Made by a program: the position numbers and the translations under genes. Below, in pieces: positions 18,082 to 27,904 of a stretch of 64,000 bases of DNA (the stretch's first letter is position 1; each line of letters begins with the position of its first letter). Below the pieces are notes generated by a model. That model was given only the letters and a program-made list of their open reading frames with translations, was not told the DNA's origin and searched no databases. Source of the DNA: an uncultured Methanomassiliicoccales archaeon (GTDB taxonomy: Archaea > Thermoplasmatota > Thermoplasmata > Methanomassiliicoccales > UBA472); contig OW818644.1 in NCBI GenBank assembly GCA_942492955.1, positions 962,327-1,026,326 of the forward strand, written 5' to 3'.

Positions 18082-19632
18082 ATGGTTGCGATCGGGAGGG
18101 TGTTCGGTACCAGCGTGATGGAGCTCAGGTTCAGGACCGAACATTCGGAGGATGTCCAGGTCGGGGAGCTCCTGATCATCGAGGACAAGGGCGGCGCCAC
18201 CAAGTACATGGTCCGGGTCATGGACGTCGAATACGGCGCCGACGCTGATTCGGACGACTGGCTGGTGCGGGAGGCGGGCACCGCCATGCAGAGGGACAAG
18301 GACAACAAGAAGTTCGACCCGGAGGACATGAGCGACATGATCTACCGGACAGGGATATGTTCCCCTCTGGGCTACCTCACCGGACAGGAGTTCAGGAAGG
18401 TCAAGTCCATACCGGACCACTTCTCGAAGGTGAGACGGGCCGACGGCGGCGATTACGAGTTCCTGCGGCCATTGATGGGCGACATCGAGGTGGGATCCCT
18501 GCGGTCGGGCGACCAGATACTGGACTTCCCGGTCGGCATATCTGGACGCTCGTTCCCCCATCACGTCGGCATCTTTGCCACCACCGGGATGGGAAAGAGC
18601 AACCTGATGAAGGGGCTGGCGCTCTCCTGCATGCGGGAACGGCGCTATGGTTTCCTGATCTTCGACCCCCATGGCGAATACTACGACGGCGGCGAGATGG
18701 GCAAGAAGGGCTTGTGCCACGCCACCGCGGCCAAGGACGGCCTGGTGGTGTTCAGCTCGAGGAAGCTGGAGGGACCGTACACCACGCTCCATGTCAGCTC
18801 TTCCGAGATTGAGATCGACGATCTGAAGAACCTGTACGAGTTCACCGGCGCCCAGGTGGAATGCCTGCAGACGGCCCAGTACCATTACAAGGACGCCTGG
18901 CTGATGGCGCTCCGCGACAAGGACGTGAAGACCATCGTCAAGGACCTGCAGGACAAGTTCCAGGAGGGCACGGTCAACGTCATCAAGCGGCGGCTGGACA
19001 GCATCTTCCAGTTCGACCTGGTGACCACCGACCGGCAGCTCTCCATCACCAAGAACGTGCTGGAGTGCCTGGGCAATGGCAAGGTCGTTCTGGTCGACAC
19101 GTCCAACATGTTCGAGGCGGAAGAGCTTCTGATCTCAACGGTGCTGACCCGGGCCATCTTCGAGCAGAACAAGGCCCAGTACTCGGACAAGGCCAAGTTC
19201 GACAAGCAGCCCCCGGTGCTGATCGCCATGGAGGAGGCGCAGCGCGTGCTGTCCCAGGCCAAGGGGACCATCTTCGCCCAGATCGCCCGGGAGGGAAGGA
19301 AGTTCAAGGTCGGGCTGTGCGCCGTTTCGCAGCAGCCGAAACTGATCAACGAGGAGATCATCTCCCAGTTCAATACGCTCTTCATCCTCGGTCTGGCCGA
19401 CAAGCGGGACCGGGACATCCTGCGCAACTCGGCGAAACAGGACATCTCCATGCTGGAGAACGAGATCCAGATGCTTATGCCCGGTGAGGCGCTGATAGCC
19501 TCGCCGTTCACCCCGTTCGCGATCCCGGTGAAGGTCCACCTGTACGAAGAATACCTGAAACGCTGCAACGGGACCGACAATGTCACTCGTTCGCGCGGCG
19601 CGCAGATGGCCCCGGACAAAGGCTTCTTCTGA
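18082..19632 (+). CDS. herA: HerA-like (DUF87/FtsK-HerA superfamily) ATPase
   Basis: N-terminal HAS-barrel-like region, Walker A ATTGMGKSN, Walker B VLIAMEEAQ, and downstream FKVGLCAVSQQP. Confidence 0.75.
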   Translation: MVAIGRVFGTSVMELRFRTEHSEDVQVGELLIIEDKGGATKYMVRVMDVEYGADADSDDWLVREAGTAMQRDKDNKKFDPEDMSDMIYRTGICSPLGYLTGQEFRKVKSIPDHFSKVRRADGGDYEFLRPLMGDIEVGSLRSGDQILDFPVGISGRSFPHHVGIFATTGMGKSNLMKGLALSCMRERRYGFLIFDPHGEYYDGGEMGKKGLCHATAAKDGLVVFSSRKLEGPYTTLHVSSSEIEIDDLKNLYEFTGAQVECLQTAQYHYKDAWLMALRDKDVKTIVKDLQDKFQEGTVNVIKRRLDSIFQFDLVTTDRQLSITKNVLECLGNGKVVLVDTSNMFEAEELLISTVLTRAIFEQNKAQYSDKAKFDKQPPVLIAMEEAQRVLSQAKGTIFAQIAREGRKFKVGLCAVSQQPKLINEEIISQFNTLFILGLADKRDRDILRNSAKQDISMLENEIQMLMPGEALIASPFTPFAIPVKVHLYEEYLKRCNGTDNVTRSRGAQMAPDKGFF

Positions 19633-19634
19633 AT

Positions 19635-21419
19635 GTGGTGGCAGACATGGATGTCCAGATCCGTTTCCTGATGGAGATAGCGGTCATCTTCGCGGTGGCC
19701 GGACTGACGGCCGTCCTGTTCACCAAGATGAGGATGCCGGTCGTCATCGGTTATCTGGCCGCTGGCATCCTGGTCGGACCCTACCTTTTCCCCTTCGACC
19801 TGATCACCGACATCGACACGGTGAACTCGCTGGCCAACCTGGGGATCATCCTCCTGATGTTCACCATCGGGCTGGAGTTCAACATCCGGAAGCTGCGACA
19901 GACCGGACTGTTCGCCATCGTCGCCGGGACGATAGAGATCGTCCTCATGATCACCATCGGCTACGCGCTGGGATGGTCGCTGGGCTGGAGCGGCACGGAG
20001 TCGATCTTCCTCGGCGCGGTCATGTCGATCTCCTCGACCGCCGTCACCATCAAGGTGCTGACCGACTCCGGTCATATCGAGAAACAGTACGCCAGCGGGA
20101 TCATCGGCATCCTGATCATGGAGGACATCGCCGCCGTCATCATACTGGCAATGGTCTCCCCGCTGGGCTCTGGCAACGTGCCAGGGCTCTCGTCGGCGGT
20201 GGGGATCCTGGGCGGAGCGGTGCTTTTCATCGCGCTGAGCCTGGTCCTGGGGTTCGCCGTCGTTCCCCGCATCGTCAACTACGTGGAGAAGAACTATCCC
20301 AGCGAGGTACTCCTCCTGGTCTCGCTCGGCCTCTGCTTCGGGATGGCGCTGCTCTCCTCGGAAATTGGGCTGAGCGTCGCCATCGGCGCCTTCGTCATGG
20401 GCATCATCGTGTCCCAATCAACGGCGCAGCATGAGATAATCCTCAAGACCATGCCCATCAAGGAGATGTTCATGGCGATCTTCTTCGTCTCCATCGGCAT
20501 GCTGATCGATCCGACACTGGTGCTGCAGAACATCCTGCCGGCCATTATCATCGCCGCGGTCTTCATCGCGGGCAAGATATTCAGCGTTACGACCGCAACG
20601 TACGTGGCGAACACTGACGCGCGTTCTTCGCTGATGTCCGGAATGGCGCTGGTGGCGATGGGCGAGTTCTCCTTCGTCATCGCCAAGACCGGGGTGGACA
20701 ACGGGACACTGAGCCAATTCTTCTATTCCTCGGTCATCGGGGCGGCGCTGATAACGATGATAGTCCTGCCCATCACCTTCCGCTACTCCTCGCGGACCGT
20801 CGATTACCTGGCATCGCATCTTCCATGCTCGGTCATGTGCTCGCTCCGCAGGACGGAAGCGCTCCGTTCCGAGGTCCGGTCATGGATGGCGACGCATGCC
20901 GAACGCCGTAAGGAGATACTGCGGCACCTGTTCTGGATCTTCGTCGACTTCACCATCATCCTGCTCATCCAGGTCTTCGCCGGTCTGTTCTTCGAGTTCA
21001 GCACGATGCTCCAAGGCATCGCGTCCTGGCTCTCGGTCCTGCCTGCCACAATGGGCATGATACTCTCGGTCGCGCTCATCGTTCCGCCCTTGATCAGCAT
21101 CATGCGCAGGATGAGGAGGATCGTGGGCATTCTGGTCGCCGGGCTGGTGGAGACCGGGCGCTTTCAAAGCAATATGGGCCGGCACTTCTTCCACATCATG
21201 ACCAGGCTGGGATACATCTTCATCTTCATCATGATGTTCTTCATGTTGATCCCGATCGCCCCGATGGCGCGCGATTTCCCGTTCCTGCTGATCGTCGCCC
21301 TGATCGTTGGCATCATGGTCACGATCTGGCTGCGGGACATTAACAAGCACACATATCAAAAAATGACCAACCTGTTGAGCGAGAACTTCATCGAACCGAC
21401 GGACGAGGTCAGGCCATGA
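19635..21419 (+). CDS. Monovalent cation:proton antiporter-2 (CPA2, Kef-type) family transporter with an extra C-terminal membrane region
   Basis: Na+/H+ exchanger-type N-terminus (PVVIGYLAAGILVGP) and about 13 predicted TM segments. Start at GTG 19635 or ATG 19647. Confidence 0.8.
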   Translation: MVADMDVQIRFLMEIAVIFAVAGLTAVLFTKMRMPVVIGYLAAGILVGPYLFPFDLITDIDTVNSLANLGIILLMFTIGLEFNIRKLRQTGLFAIVAGTIEIVLMITIGYALGWSLGWSGTESIFLGAVMSISSTAVTIKVLTDSGHIEKQYASGIIGILIMEDIAAVIILAMVSPLGSGNVPGLSSAVGILGGAVLFIALSLVLGFAVVPRIVNYVEKNYPSEVLLLVSLGLCFGMALLSSEIGLSVAIGAFVMGIIVSQSTAQHEIILKTMPIKEMFMAIFFVSIGMLIDPTLVLQNILPAIIIAAVFIAGKIFSVTTATYVANTDARSSLMSGMALVAMGEFSFVIAKTGVDNGTLSQFFYSSVIGAALITMIVLPITFRYSSRTVDYLASHLPCSVMCSLRRTEALRSEVRSWMATHAERRKEILRHLFWIFVDFTIILLIQVFAGLFFEFSTMLQGIASWLSVLPATMGMILSVALIVPPLISIMRRMRRIVGILVAGLVETGRFQSNMGRHFFHIMTRLGYIFIFIMMFFMLIPIAPMARDFPFLLIVALIVGIMVTIWLRDINKHTYQKMTNLLSENFIEPTDEVRP

Positions 21420-21476
21420 CACTTTCGGGCATCTCTCCGCAACGGTATTTAACTGGAATCCGGTTAACCAGTTAGG

Positions 21477-22598
21477 ATGAAGATAGTTCATGTCTCCGAT
21501 ACCCACCTAGGGTTCTCCGCCTACCGCAAGGTGGATGACGAGACTGGCATCAACCAGCGGGAGATGGACGTCTACCGCCGTTTCGCCGAATTCGCAGACA
21601 AGGCCATCGAGATCGACCCAGACGTGGTCATCCATTCTGGCGACCTGTTCGATTCCGTGAGGCCTTCAAACCGGGCGATATCGGTCGCCTTGGACAGCCT
21701 GGCCCGCATAACCGCCGCCGGGATACCGGTCGTGGTCATAGCCGGAAACCATTCCACCCCGAGACTGAGGGAGACTGGCAGCGTCTTCAAGATAATGGAG
21801 CATGTCCGCGGACTGAGGGCGGTCTACAGCGGCGCCTACGAACGGGTCGTCCAAGATGACCTCACCATTCATGCCATCCCCCACAACGAAGGGGACGCAC
21901 TGTTAACTGAACTGGACAAGGTAAGGCCAGACAGTGACGCCAACTATAACGTGGAGACGCTGCATGCCGGGGTCTCCGGCCTCAACGTGTTCAAGATGGG
22001 GGAGTTCAACGAGACCATCGTTCCCTCCTCATATTTGCGGCCGGACATGGACTATATCGCCCTGGGCCACTTTCACAATCATTCCAGCGCTGCGGACAAC
22101 GCCTTCTACGCCGGATCGATAGAACGGCTGTCGTTCTCCGAGGCGGATGAGGCTAAGGGGTTCGTCGTCATCGATCTGGACTCGAAGAAGCGCAAGTTCG
22201 TCAAGCTTGCCGCCAGGGAAATGATGGACCTCGGCCCCATCGACGCCTCGGGAATGGACACGGCCTCGTTAATGGAGGAGATATCGAACGTGCTGGACAC
22301 GGTGTCGATGGAGGGCCGGATCGTCAGGCTCATCGTCAACCGGGTCCCTTCCGCGCTATACAAATCGGTCGATTTCCACCGCATCGTGCATAAGGCTTCC
22401 GCCGCCGTTCACTTCGAGCCTAAGTTCGAGGTGATCCAGGAGAACTCGTCCGTGCAATGGAAGAACGCCAGCATCGACTCCCTCGAATCGGAGTACTCGT
22501 CCTTCCTGGACCAATATCCGGTCGAGAGGGTGAGCAAGGATGATGTGCGGGCGAAGGGCCTCGAGTATCTGAAAAGGGGGCTGGAAGGATCAAACTGA
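21477..22598 (+). CDS. mre11: DNA double-strand break repair nuclease Mre11
   Basis: Calcineurin-like phosphoesterase motifs: MKIVHVSDTHLG, HSGDLFD, GNHS and GHFH. A TATA-like GTATTTAAC about 27 nt upstream suggests a leaderless transcript. Confidence 0.9.
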   Translation: MKIVHVSDTHLGFSAYRKVDDETGINQREMDVYRRFAEFADKAIEIDPDVVIHSGDLFDSVRPSNRAISVALDSLARITAAGIPVVVIAGNHSTPRLRETGSVFKIMEHVRGLRAVYSGAYERVVQDDLTIHAIPHNEGDALLTELDKVRPDSDANYNVETLHAGVSGLNVFKMGEFNETIVPSSYLRPDMDYIALGHFHNHSSAADNAFYAGSIERLSFSEADEAKGFVVIDLDSKKRKFVKLAAREMMDLGPIDASGMDTASLMEEISNVLDTVSMEGRIVRLIVNRVPSALYKSVDFHRIVHKASAAVHFEPKFEVIQENSSVQWKNASIDSLESEYSSFLDQYPVERVSKDDVRAKGLEYLKRGLEGSN

Positions 22599-25009
22599 GA
22601 TACCTCGAGCTGAAGAACTACCGGAAGTTCCGCAGCGCCCGGGTCGAGTTCCCCGACGGGATCGTCGGCATCATCGGCCAGAACGGCTCAGGCAAGTCCA
22701 GCCTGGTGGAGGCGATCGCCTGGGCGCTCTACGGGAACGAGTCCTCGATCGTCCGCACCACCAAGGAAGGGATCAGGAGCTCTTCGGCGGGACCGAACGA
22801 CGAGTGCTCGGTGGAGCTGGAGTTCGACCTGGGACCGGACCACTACCGGGTGGTTCGAAGCATCAAGGGCAAGAACTGCGTCTCCGACGCCACCTTGACC
22901 GTGAACGGCTCACTGTCGGCACGCACCGACAAGGGCGTCACCGACCTCATCGTCGACCGCCTGGGAATGGACTATAAATCGTTCTTCATCTCGGTCTTTG
23001 CCCGGCAGAAGGATCTGAATGCGCTTTCCACGCTCCGTCCGGCAGACCGCAAGAAGACCATCCTCCGGATGCTGGAGATCGACGTGCTGGATGACGTGGT
23101 GGCCGAGATCGACAAGGACGCCAAAGGTAAAAGAACGGAACTGGCGAACCTGAACCTGATGCTCTTCGAGCCGAATGGCCAGGAAAAGAGGAAAAGGATC
23201 GAGGCGGAAACGTCTTCGCTCTCGGGAGAGGTCGTACAGCTGGAATCGTCCCTGCAGGAACAGCGGCGGCTTCTCGAGGCGTTGGACAAGCGCACCAACG
23301 CGGTCAAGACGGAATGGGACCTGGCCGAGGCGAAGTATAGAGAGTATTCCGCCCACCAACAGAAGGCGGCCGAGCTCCGCGCCGGGATCGAGCGGAACGT
23401 CCAGGCGATCGAGCGGCTGGCCAATGACATCGGGTCCCTGAAGGACAAAGGCAAAAGGGCGGCCGAGCTCGAAGGGGCGAACCGGCAGTACCTGGAGTCG
23501 GTGGTCCGGAAGGATTCGATGGAGTCGTCCCGATCACAGTTCATGGAGCTGGATTACCAGCATTCCCGCCGTAGCAAGCTGGAGAAGGAGGCGGTCTCGC
23601 TCGGTGAAAGAGCAACCAGATCGAGGAAGGAACTGGCCGAGCTCAAGGAACCGTCCAAGCACCTGGCCTCGGTGGAGGAGAACCTGAAGCGGGCCGAGGA
23701 GAGCATAGCCACAGCGAACCGGAAGGCGGACTGGCTCAGAGGCGAGGTCCGACGCGTGGAAAAGGACGTCGCCTCCCGGGAGAAGAAGCGGTCGGAGATC
23801 CAGTCGATCGGCCCGGACAGCAAATGCCCCACCTGCGAGAGGACGCTGGCCGAGCACTATTCAGCGCTGCTGGAGCTCATGGCGAAGGAGATCGCCGAGA
23901 TGAGGTCCCAACTGGCGGACCTATCATCCCAACTGGCGGCGGCCGATGAGGAGCTGGAGAAGAACAAGAAGGTCCGCGCCAACATCGACTCCAGACTGCA
24001 GAAGCTGAGGAAGGACGTCATCGAGGAGACCCGCATGGCCTCGTCCATCAAGAGCTGGGAGGACCAGATCGAGCGTAACGGGACGGAGATGGCGGACGCG
24101 GATGCCACGATCGCCCGGATCGGGGCGGTCGACTTTGACGCCGTCGCCTACGAGCGACTCAAGAAGGAGTTGATCGAACTGAAGAGGACATCCGACCAGT
24201 ATAACCAGCTGACCATCGAGGCGAGACGCCTGCCTGAAGTGGAGATGCAGAAGGCAGCGCTGGAGAAGCAGGTCGACGCCGAGCGCGCGGAATTGAAGCA
24301 GGCCCAGGAGTCCATGGTACATTCCGGCCACAGCGATGAACTGTTGAACAAGGCAAGAAGTTCATATCTGGAGGTCAGGGACAGGAGGGAGGCGAAGTCC
24401 AAGGAGACCTATTCCCTGCAGAACAGCATCGACCGGAAGAAGGCGGAGATCGCCGGCCGGAACGAGCAGCTGAAACAGCTGGCCGAGGTCGAGTCACGTG
24501 TAGGGCTTATCCAGAAGGAGAGCGAGACCTTGGCGGTCCTGGGCGAGGTGATGAGGGTGTTCCGGTCCAACGTGATATCGCGGATCGTCCCGACCCTCTC
24601 GGAGATCTCCTCCGGACTGTTCGAGGAGCTCACCGAAGCAAAGTACAACGGCATGGAGCTGGACGAGGACTACAACATCAACATCTACGACAAGGGCCAG
24701 AAGTACCCGCTGGACCGGTTCTCCGGCGGCGAGGCCGACCTGGCCAACCTGTGCCTGCGCCTGGCCATCTCGCGGGTGATAGCGGAACGCTCCGGGAGCA
24801 GCATCAACTTCCTGGTGCTGGACGAGATCTTCGGGTCGCAGGACACCATACGCAAGAGGAACATCATGCAGACGTTCACCGGCCTGTCCAAGCAGTTCGG
24901 GCAGATCATCCTCATCACCCACATCGAGGAGGTCAAGGACCTCATGGGCAACGTCATCGGCGTGAAGGAACTGGACGATGGTTCCAGCCAGGTGTCGGTC
25001 ATCAGCTGA
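22595..25009 (+). CDS. rad50: DNA double-strand break repair ATPase Rad50 (the 5' boundary requires a non-canonical start)
   Basis: The Walker A motif GQNGSGKSS (22679-22705) lies upstream of the first canonical start (GTG 22706). Also present: the zinc hook CPTCERTL, signature FSGGEADL and Walker D LVLDE. The frame is open from 22544. Candidate starts are CTG 22595 and ATC 22589. Confidence 0.8.
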   Translation: MRYLELKNYRKFRSARVEFPDGIVGIIGQNGSGKSSLVEAIAWALYGNESSIVRTTKEGIRSSSAGPNDECSVELEFDLGPDHYRVVRSIKGKNCVSDATLTVNGSLSARTDKGVTDLIVDRLGMDYKSFFISVFARQKDLNALSTLRPADRKKTILRMLEIDVLDDVVAEIDKDAKGKRTELANLNLMLFEPNGQEKRKRIEAETSSLSGEVVQLESSLQEQRRLLEALDKRTNAVKTEWDLAEAKYREYSAHQQKAAELRAGIERNVQAIERLANDIGSLKDKGKRAAELEGANRQYLESVVRKDSMESSRSQFMELDYQHSRRSKLEKEAVSLGERATRSRKELAELKEPSKHLASVEENLKRAEESIATANRKADWLRGEVRRVEKDVASREKKRSEIQSIGPDSKCPTCERTLAEHYSALLELMAKEIAEMRSQLADLSSQLAAADEELEKNKKVRANIDSRLQKLRKDVIEETRMASSIKSWEDQIERNGTEMADADATIARIGAVDFDAVAYERLKKELIELKRTSDQYNQLTIEARRLPEVEMQKAALEKQVDAERAELKQAQESMVHSGHSDELLNKARSSYLEVRDRREAKSKETYSLQNSIDRKKAEIAGRNEQLKQLAEVESRVGLIQKESETLAVLGEVMRVFRSNVISRIVPTLSEISSGLFEELTEAKYNGMELDEDYNINIYDKGQKYPLDRFSGGEADLANLCLRLAISRVIAERSGSSINFLVLDEIFGSQDTIRKRNIMQTFTGLSKQFGQIILITHIEEVKDLMGNVIGVKELDDGSSQVSVIS

Positions 25010-26446
25010 TCATTCGACCTGCACCACTTCGACCTCTTCCCCTTCCATGTCGGGCGGCAGCTCGCCTACCAGCCAGCCCTCGCCGGTGGTCTCGCAGTAG
25101 AAATAGTTCACTCCCCCGTCCTCGACGTAGGTCCCGCTTCCTCCGGTCAGCGCGATGCCGCCAGCCATGTGGCCAGGCATGAGGAGGAGCACCGAATCAT
25201 ACCCCATGGCCTCGGTGACCGAGGCGAACAGGATCGTCTTGTCCTCGCAATCGCCGGTCTCATCGTACAGCGTCTCGACGGAGTAGCGGAAATATTCGTC
25301 CGCCCCTTCGGATATGTTGTCATACGAGTACTTGATGCCCTGGCAGAACGCCAGCGCCAGATTCTCCGTCTGCTCTTGGTCGAACCCGTTGCTGGTCGCG
25401 ATCCATTTCAGCTTCTGGGCCAGGTCGACCACGACCGGGTCGCTGGAGGTGACGAACGGTCTCATTCCCGATACGAGCTGAGGGCTACGATCGACGTTGT
25501 TGTTCTGATAGCTGTAATAGTCCTTGGCGGTCACGTTCAGGTTCAATGAATAGGAATCGCCGTCGTACTCCCACACGTACTCCTTGTTGGAGAGCATGGT
25601 GACCGTCGATATGCCATACCACAATGTTCCGTCGTCATCATCCGAGGACTGCGTCCCATCCGACGATCCGTCCGCTATCCCTGTGCTGTCGTCGCCGGTC
25701 CAGGTTCCGGTGATGATATCATACATGATGTCCAGTGACCGGCCGGATTGCGAGGCGCCGTCGATATCGACGGCATCGTCACTGCTGACGAAATCCTCGT
25801 CCCACATCGAGATCGATATGTTGGTGAAGCGATGGGTGTCATTGGCGTTGTACCGGTAGCTGTCGTCGACCGCGAACGTGGTACCGACGTTCGGCTCCCA
25901 CACGTATCCTCCTTTGTCGATCCTTCCCTTGTAGGCACCGTCGATGGAGAGGCTGAAATAGACCTGTGCTGCGTTGCTCACCGTATCCACCCGGTCCAGG
26001 ACCTTGGCCGAATTCAGGTTGATCAGAATGCCCACGTCCCGATCCTTGAACAGATCGGCGCTGTCTGGGTGGCTGTCGTTGTCCAGGTCATCGAACGTTA
26101 GGTCGGCGTTATCCCCTATTCCGTCGCCGTCCCTGTCCGACCATTCCGAGGGATCATCGGGGAACGCGTCCGTGGCATCAGAATGGCCATCGTTGTCCCG
26201 ATCGGTCATAATATCGGGACCTTTGTCCTCATCGCCCGGGCCGGGGTTGCGGGCATTGCCAAGCAGAACGAAGGCTGCCAGCGCAGTTACCGCGAGCAGA
26301 GCGATGACGATAACGATGACAGCGATCACCGTCGTGCGGTCTGATCGTGGGGGCGGCGCCTGACGGTAGCTGTAGTGGTACCGTGGATCGACATATGGAT
26401 TCTGGACCGGCTGTTCCGGCCATGGACGCCCCTGGCCATCGCTCAT
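25010..26446 (-). CDS. Membrane-anchored extracellular protein with thrombospondin-type-3-like Ca-binding Asp repeats and a C-terminal transglutaminase-like cysteine-protease domain
   Basis: One TM segment (VIAVIVIVIALLAVTALAAFVLL), DxDxDGxxD repeats (DRDNDGHSDATD, DRDGDGIGDNAD), and a GDCEDKTILFASV...H core. Start placed at MSDGQG. Confidence 0.65.
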   Translation of the reverse strand: MSDGQGRPWPEQPVQNPYVDPRYHYSYRQAPPPRSDRTTVIAVIVIVIALLAVTALAAFVLLGNARNPGPGDEDKGPDIMTDRDNDGHSDATDAFPDDPSEWSDRDGDGIGDNADLTFDDLDNDSHPDSADLFKDRDVGILINLNSAKVLDRVDTVSNAAQVYFSLSIDGAYKGRIDKGGYVWEPNVGTTFAVDDSYRYNANDTHRFTNISISMWDEDFVSSDDAVDIDGASQSGRSLDIMYDIITGTWTGDDSTGIADGSSDGTQSSDDDDGTLWYGISTVTMLSNKEYVWEYDGDSYSLNLNVTAKDYYSYQNNNVDRSPQLVSGMRPFVTSSDPVVVDLAQKLKWIATSNGFDQEQTENLALAFCQGIKYSYDNISEGADEYFRYSVETLYDETGDCEDKTILFASVTEAMGYDSVLLLMPGHMAGGIALTGGSGTYVEDGGVNYFYCETTGEGWLVGELPPDMEGEEVEVVQVE

Positions 26447-26534
26447 CGTATGAATAATGAACGATGACCGGAAAAAGGTTGGCAAGGATGGCGCGGATCA
26501 TGAAAAGGATACGCGCCGCCCTCTTTGAACGGGA

Positions 26535-26834
26535 TCACTTCTGGTCGATGATCCACATTAGGTGCCAGCCGAACTGGGTCTTGAACGGACCGCAGATGTC
26601 GCCCTTCTTGCCCTTGAATCCCTCGTCCTCGAACTCCTTGACCATCTTCTGCCGGGTGAACCATCCCAGGTCGCCGCCCTTCTTTCCGGAGGGGCAGTCA
26701 GAGAATTTCTGGGCCAATTCGCCGAACTTCTTACCCATTTCGGCCGGGGGGACCGCCTTGATCTGAGCCAGGAGTTCCTTGGCCTTGTCTTGGTTCTTGA
26801 CTAGGATGTGCGCTGCGTGTACTTCCTTTACCAT
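26535..26834 (-). CDS. Parvulin-type peptidyl-prolyl cis-trans isomerase
   Basis: MVKEVHAAHILV...SDCPSGKKGGDLGWF...FGWHLMWI matches PpiC/parvulin motifs. Confidence 0.85.
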   Translation of the reverse strand: MVKEVHAAHILVKNQDKAKELLAQIKAVPPAEMGKKFGELAQKFSDCPSGKKGGDLGWFTRQKMVKEFEDEGFKGKKGDICGPFKTQFGWHLMWIIDQK

Positions 26835-26902
26835 GGCCGGAACAATAACCAAGGGGGATATCAATTTTGTTCAAGAACCCGCCGGCGTCATGGACGTGCG
26901 AG

Positions 26903-27904
26903 TCACTCCGAATACACGGCGTCCAGGTCCACATGCTCCTTGACCGTGCGGGCGACCAGGTCGATCTTGTCGGTGTCCTCCGGGTCGATCCTGGCGATCA
27001 GGTGCTCGATCGTCTCCGACGCGTTCAGCGTGTCCTGGCGCGTGAGCAGTATAGGTACGCCCTGGTCGTATGCCTTGGCGACGACCTGCCGGTCCGGGTA
27101 GAGCCCTCCGGTGAGCACCAGGCACGATGTGTCCGTTGACAGCGCCGCCATCTGGATGTCGGAGCGGTCCCCGCCGGTGATGATCGCCTTGTTGGCGAAG
27201 CGCCTCATCGTCTTGAGCGCCGTCTCCGTTGTCATCGCCCCCACCATGACCTCTTCCACGACCCGGTCCATGTGGTCCTCGGCCACGATGACCGTCGCGC
27301 CCAGCGCGTCCGCCACCTCCTTCACGTCGAACCGGCACAGCTCCTTCAGCGGCGGGATCGATCCCAGCACTTGGATGTGCTTCGATTCCAGCATCTTGAC
27401 GACGTTGGGGTCCTCGTTCATGTTGAGGATGACGCCCCTGAAGTTGACCTTGTAGCGGCGCATCATGTGCTTCAGCATGGCGATCTTGTCCAGGTCCGAT
27501 GATCGGGCACGGGAGATCAGCACGACGTCCGCCTGCACATTCTCCGCGATGGCCATGCCAGAAACGTCGTTAAGGAATCCAGTGGTTATCTCGCGGGTCC
27601 CCTCGATCAGCATCAGGTCGCACTTGCATCTCAGCTTCTCATAGCACTTCACGATCTCGTCCATATCGACCGGTTTTTCCATGTCGTACGTGAACGGGCT
27701 CAGCACCTCCTCGGTCTGAGTCAGTCCCAATGCCTTCTTCATCAGGTAGGCGTCCTGATCGATCACCCGGTCGTCAAGCGCCATCAGGGTCTCCTTGAAC
27801 GGTTTGAAGAACCCGACCTTGCCGGGGAAGTTCTTCGCCAGTCCCAGAGTGACCATCGTCTTTCCGGACCTCTCCACCGCTGAACCCAAGAATAATGACT
27901 TCAT
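26903..27904 (-). CDS. P-loop (BioD/CobQ-like) plus DRTGG-domain protein, resembling the N-terminal regulatory region of phosphotransacetylase
   Basis: N-terminal SAVERSGKTMVTLGL P-loop and C-terminal ALVLTGG/DRxxxG-type region. ATGA overlap with the upstream acd gene. Confidence 0.65.
   Translation of the reverse strand: MKSLFLGSAVERSGKTMVTLGLAKNFPGKVGFFKPFKETLMALDDRVIDQDAYLMKKALGLTQTEEVLSPFTYDMEKPVDMDEIVKCYEKLRCKCDLMLIEGTREITTGFLNDVSGMAIAENVQADVVLISRARSSDLDKIAMLKHMMRRYKVNFRGVILNMNEDPNVVKMLESKHIQVLGSIPPLKELCRFDVKEVADALGATVIVAEDHMDRVVEEVMVGAMTTETALKTMRRFANKAIITGGDRSDIQMAALSTDTSCLVLTGGLYPDRQVVAKAYDQGVPILLTRQDTLNASETIEHLIARIDPEDTDKIDLVARTVKEHVDLDAVYSE

Noticed and set aside
18040-20417. Long minus-strand ORFs 18040-18885 (281 aa) and 18885-20417 (510 aa).
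   Set aside because: They are antisense to the herA-like and CPA2 genes. The Asp/Gly/Arg/His-rich low-complexity products are a shadow-ORF artefact of high GC.
22706-25009. The track's rad50 start at 22706.
   Set aside because: It would delete the Walker A P-loop, which is encoded in frame just upstream. See the finding on the non-canonical start.
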